In this document: positions 58,401-64,000 of the stretch, piece after piece
Layout: every line of letters begins with the position of its first letter
Numbering within the stretch: position 1 is the stretch's first letter
From: Phoronis australis
Lineage: Eukaryota; Animalia; Phoronida
Direction: 5' to 3'
NCBI GenBank assembly: GCA_002633005.1
Contig: NMRA01000656.1
Location: forward strand, 50,571 to 114,570
Length of the DNA: 64,000 nucleotides
Notes under the pieces: generated by a model
The model's input: the letters and a program-made list of their open reading frames with translations, nothing else
Databases searched by the model: none
What the model was told of the DNA's origin: nothing
Made by a program: the position numbers and the translations under genes

Positions 58401-60803
58401 TTGGCCATTGAGCAACAGCTTACTGTAATCGGACAAGCTGCCACTTCGGAACTTGCTCAGTGCAACACAGTTCCGGATTGAGAAATTGCTAATTCCACAT
58501 TATGGAAATCTACTATTGATAAAGATTTAAATTATCCTTTCTCAAGTAAAACATTCCAATTTGACTAGAAATGTTCTCAAAGGGTAATGTTACCTTTGAA
58601 ATAAAACTAATTTAACAACAATTGGAAAATGACTTCATGGACATTAAGCAGATTTTCTACATTTACATACCCTGCTTTCCCGGTATGAGAATGCTCATCG
58701 GTCATTACCATATATTCCGTTATTTTTGGACATACTCATTCTGGGACATCAAAGCACAGAATATTTAAAACACAAGAGCAAAAGTTAGTTTAAACAGACA
58801 TGTTTTAAATATTGGCAGACAGGACAAAAAGCATGCAATTACAATAAAAAAGTCAGGAGACTGCTTAGTACAAAAAAGTGGATTTAATTTATTTAGCTCA
58901 ATAAAAACAAATAGAAACACATGTCACATTTTTGTTTACCTTTGAACTCTGCAGGGGACAGGTCTGAAAACTGGTTCACACCATAGATGGCACTGTAGGT
59001 ATCATTCAAAAGTTTCTTCTTATTCAGTATGCGATGTCTTTCTAAACTTTCCTAAACAAGAATATCGCGGTTTTAAGTGAAGTGAACATACTGCACAAAC
59101 TGTCAGAACAGGAATGCAAAATACCTTTTTAATGGATAACACTGCACAGCAATAATATTACGTCAGTGTGCTCATGTTATTGACACAAAAAAAAACTGTG
59201 ATTGGTTAAACCACAGCAATGGGTGAATTGACATTGCCACAAACATGCCTTATTTTCAAGTGATTAATACACACTCTATTCAGATTCCAACACAGCGTCT
59301 GCACAGCAGATGATCAAAATTAATGTCAATGAATAAAACAACATTAGTGATGTGTGGTCCAGCATTATTGTGAAAATTCAGGTCTCAACTGCAGCTTTAT
59401 GTGTTGGGTTTAATTGAAATTCCCTTAGCCATTTAGACTAATCACTAATCGCTTCATAGTGCACTGAGGTAGAAGAAAACACATTAAAATACCACACTCC
59501 TCAGAAAACTGAATCAAAAAAGATAGAAAATACTAACGTAACCCACAGGACCTCCAAGCCAGAAATCTTAGACCTTGAAGCGATGCTGTTCAGATGTATA
59601 TTGTCAAATGAAATAACATGAAAAAATATCTTTTAGGATAAAATGTATATTTGAAAAAGCACCCACAGAATCTAATCCTTCTTCCAGTATCACTGAAAGC
59701 TTGCTTTTCACATTGTTTTTTTCTGTCTTAACACTGGTTTAGTATTGTTTATGGCATGACAAACAGAACATCTAGTAGACTTACTTTCCTTTATATTCAG
59801 ACCAAATTGATCATTTCACATATGCTATTTCTGAGATTATTGTTGAACAGGACAGATCTTTTGAAGTTTTTAGCTTTGGCCAGTGCTATAAAACAATGAG
59901 ATCTGGCAATTCTAGCCATTATCAACGAGGCACTTGCGAATGTACTGTTTTCAAAACGACGACATACTTTTCATTGTTAGAAAAGGCAGAAAGTTACGCA
60001 AAAAATGACGTATATTGCATTGTTTTTCACTTAAACGGCTGTAACAGGTAAGGTGAGTGTCGGTTGATTCCCAGATTTCGCATGCACCCTGTCCTGTCTT
60101 TAGCTTTACGTGTTGATACAAGTTTCATGGTGAGGTGACGAGCAGAACTACCCTGGCTGTGTGCCATTTCGGGGTCTATGGAAGAAATAAACATAGCTGT
60201 ATTTTGACGACAGTCTTCAATCATACAGCTAGCTGGCTGGCTAACTGCTGTTGTAGATGTGCTTCCGGTGAATTATATGAGCCTCTGTTAGCTACTCGCT
60301 AACGGGAAATTGCCTATTAGCTGAATGGTTAGCACGCTTGCCGGTTTTATGGGGGTCGCTGGTTCAATTCCCAAGTCGGGTGATCTCGGCTATTACTAGC
60401 TACTCTGCAACCACACTGAGATGTGGCAGTGCTGAACTGAGAATCATAACCGCAAAGCAGGCATGATTGTAATCAGGTCCCAAAGATATGGGTGATCTTG
60501 CATTTCTGTGAGATTCTCTGGTCTACGGAACGCACGCCTGTACAATGCAAGTAAGAATAAGATAGTCAGCGCAACGTGTGGACGGATTTGTCACGATGAA
60601 AAGCTTACTTTAAAATTCTGAAATCTTTTGTCGTATTCCCTTGTACCAACTGTATATGCCTTTTTGTACTTCAGAATGAATTCATTGAACTGGTGTTTAG
60701 CAGCATCGTGATCTCTTACGACATGAATGCACAAAACGCCGTAAAACTGTAAAAAGAGAAAGCTACAGACGATCCAGGAAGTGTCTTTTAAGGAAGCTGC
60801 CAT
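31455..60803 (-). CDS. CTSO: Cathepsin O (papain-family C1A cysteine protease), 9 coding exons, ~357 aa
   Basis: Exons (minus): 60803-60609 (signal peptide + I29 start), 59051-58940 (..YGVNQFSDLSPAEFK), 56082-55938 (..VPLKVDW), 38377-38321 (RTKNAVSPVGNQKSCGGCW), 37267-37108 (AFSTVETIES..LSVQQVIDC..GCKGG), 35767-35658, 34781-34615 (..GPVAAAVDATTWNDYLGGIIKYHC..NHAIQIVGYD), 32886-32794 (PYYIIRNSWGTTFGNDGY..NLC), 31489-31455 (GIGLQVGIPVV stop). Total 1074 nt, phases consistent. Catalytic Q/C/H/N intact; CGGCW and SVQQVIDC are cathepsin O-type. An in-frame upstream ATG exists at 60851. Confidence 0.93.
31600..32329 (+). mobile_element. 5'-truncated L1/Tx1-like LINE 3' end (zf-RVT region) in CTSO intron 8
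   Basis: WKKIH..DVRLRWFQFRINH..NSYLKK, frameshift, IGVSESSLCSFCEQPKETILHLFWEC..W; A-tail at 32321-32329. Confidence 0.85.
34032..34150. repeat. 119-bp near-perfect palindrome (59-bp arms, 1-nt spacer, 2 mismatches) in CTSO intron 7
   Basis: AACAGCTTATTATTTAAAATGACTTA..TAGGCAAAAAATTGAA-T-TTCAATTTTTTGCCTA..TAAGTCATTTTAAATAATAAGCTGTT; ATAG on both flanks. Confidence 0.95.
35997..36159. mobile_element. Small Tc2/pogo-like MITE with TA TSD
   Basis: TA|CTGTAAACTCATGGGTTAACACCC...GGGCGTTAACCTGCGAGTGTACGG|TA. Confidence 0.65.
39273..39697. mobile_element. PIF/Harbinger-type MITE (partial relative at ~5884)
   Basis: TIR TGCTCGGTTGCATGAAACAGTCCCA / TGGGACTGTATCACACAACCCGGCA; TSD CTG on both sides. 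Confidence 0.75.
41705..46148 (-). CDS. Secreted coiled-coil + C-type lectin domain protein B (paralog of A), 2 exons, ~255 aa, nested in CTSO intron 3
   Basis: Exon 1 46148-45512: MHTLLVLCVLFFVTASQS signal, neck shares SFHNIATQQL with A, CPPRFVLRGNSCY..LLSIESQAEQ..WTSG..YTNWAQG; donor GTATTA, phase 1. Exon 2 41835-41705 (absent from the ORF track): GAPSEDTNVGERCLCLDLTQKNIVWVDTSCEEKHRFICELRAN stop. AATAAA at 41670-41665. Confidence 0.9.
43560..43800 (+). mobile_element. Highly decayed LINE zinc-knuckle remnant
   Basis: 43621 onward reads ETNEHLFHTC, matching the LINE ETxxHLFxxC motif; surrounding stops. Confidence 0.35.
47363..52902 (-). CDS. Secreted coiled-coil + C-type lectin domain protein A (perlucin-like), 2 exons, ~244 aa, nested in CTSO intron 3
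   Basis: Exon 1 52902-52302: signal peptide, heptad-rich neck, CPSTFIRGLDSCY..C..HLLSIESQAEQ..WTSG..WRW..YENWKPG; donor GTAGGC, phase 1. Exon 2 47496-47363: GEPVQTRDKDEHCL..WQDTRC..YWFMCE..stop. AATAAA at 47283-47278; TATATAAG about 40 nt upstream of the ATG. Confidence 0.9.
48162..48865 (+). mobile_element. 5'-truncated LINE 3' end (CR1/L2-group-like) with 11-bp TSD
   Basis: NNWNSLPVSVK..F..RSRCS..LN..CKCG..HL; AATAAA and A-tail; TSD ATCATCTTAGA at 48151-48161 and 48866-48876. Confidence 0.8.
50473..50947. mobile_element. PIF/Harbinger-like MITE, paralog of 56521-57027
   Basis: Shared core GAAGTAATTGCAAGGTAGCGCTGAT..CTGTTTACTGCGAAATTAACTGG; degenerate GGCCTT.CAT / ATG..AGGGC ends. Confidence 0.65.
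51180..52245 (-). mobile_element. Helitron-like repeat, inverted paralog of 9520-10860, inside the lectin A intron
   Basis: See the 9520-10860 feature. Confidence 0.6.
56521..57027. mobile_element. PIF/Harbinger-like MITE
   Basis: TAA|GGGCCTTTCATGC...GTATGAAAGGGCC|TAT; second copy at 50473-50947. Confidence 0.7.
60318..60382 (+). mobile_element. tRNA-derived SINE head (degenerate)
   Basis: TAGCTGAATGG (A box) ... GGTTCAATTCC (B box) at tRNA-like spacing; no stable cloverleaf. Confidence 0.45.
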
Positions 60804-60856
60804 ATTTATTTTTACCCACAGTGCATTTGAGCATCCTTTTTCCGGCGCCATCCAAA

Positions 60857-60862
<6 letters not shown>
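60803..60862 (+). promoter_or_regulatory. RPS3 core promoter: TCT initiator/5'TOP tract, TATA-like element, YY1-like motifs
   Basis: TCCTTTTTCC at 60834-60843 (predicted C+1 about 60836) 21 nt before the ATG; TATTTAT at 60803-60809 (about -30); CGCCAT and AAAATGGC in the 5'UTR/start region. Confidence 0.7.
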
Positions 60863-63743
<2,881 letters not shown>

Positions 63744-64000
63744 TAGGTTTGCCAAGCGTATTGCAGTGAAGTTAAGAAATCAGATCTCTCTTTAACTTAG
63801 GCTCAAGATGTTGCAGGGACATTACAATATATACATTAGACACTTAGACAAATTGAATTTCGCCACAAATTAGTTCTGTGTAGAAGTTTGACTTGGTTGC
63901 AACCAGGGACTCATCTAGGATTTGAAAATTGGGGGTCCAAATTCGTGAGAATTACAAGTCGTGCAAAGCGCAAATCTGAGGCGCGCAGCGCTGATGGTGG

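Overview
Intron-rich, AT-rich animal genomic DNA, most likely a marine invertebrate (lophotrochozoan-like repeats and lectins; species cannot be determined from sequence). I traced exons by hand using GT/AG sites, phase continuity and family motifs. (1) A complete 13-exon tryptophan 2,3-dioxygenase gene (TDO2/vermilion, +, 1778-21177) with a tandemly duplicated exon 2 that looks mutually exclusive. (2) A complete 9-exon cathepsin O gene (-, 60803-31455) whose 17.6-kb intron 3 holds two paralogous, secreted, two-exon coiled-coil + C-type lectin genes on the SAME strand. (3) The first three exons of ribosomal protein S3 (+, from 60857), head-to-head with cathepsin O with only 53 bp between the start codons. 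The rest is dense in non-autonomous DNA transposons (PIF/Harbinger, Tc1/mariner-pogo, hAT-like elements with 7-bp TSDs, a Kolobok-like THAP remnant, Helitron-like repeats), LINE 3' fragments, tRNA-derived SINE heads and palindromes. Most ORFs in the supplied track are spurious or exon read-throughs.
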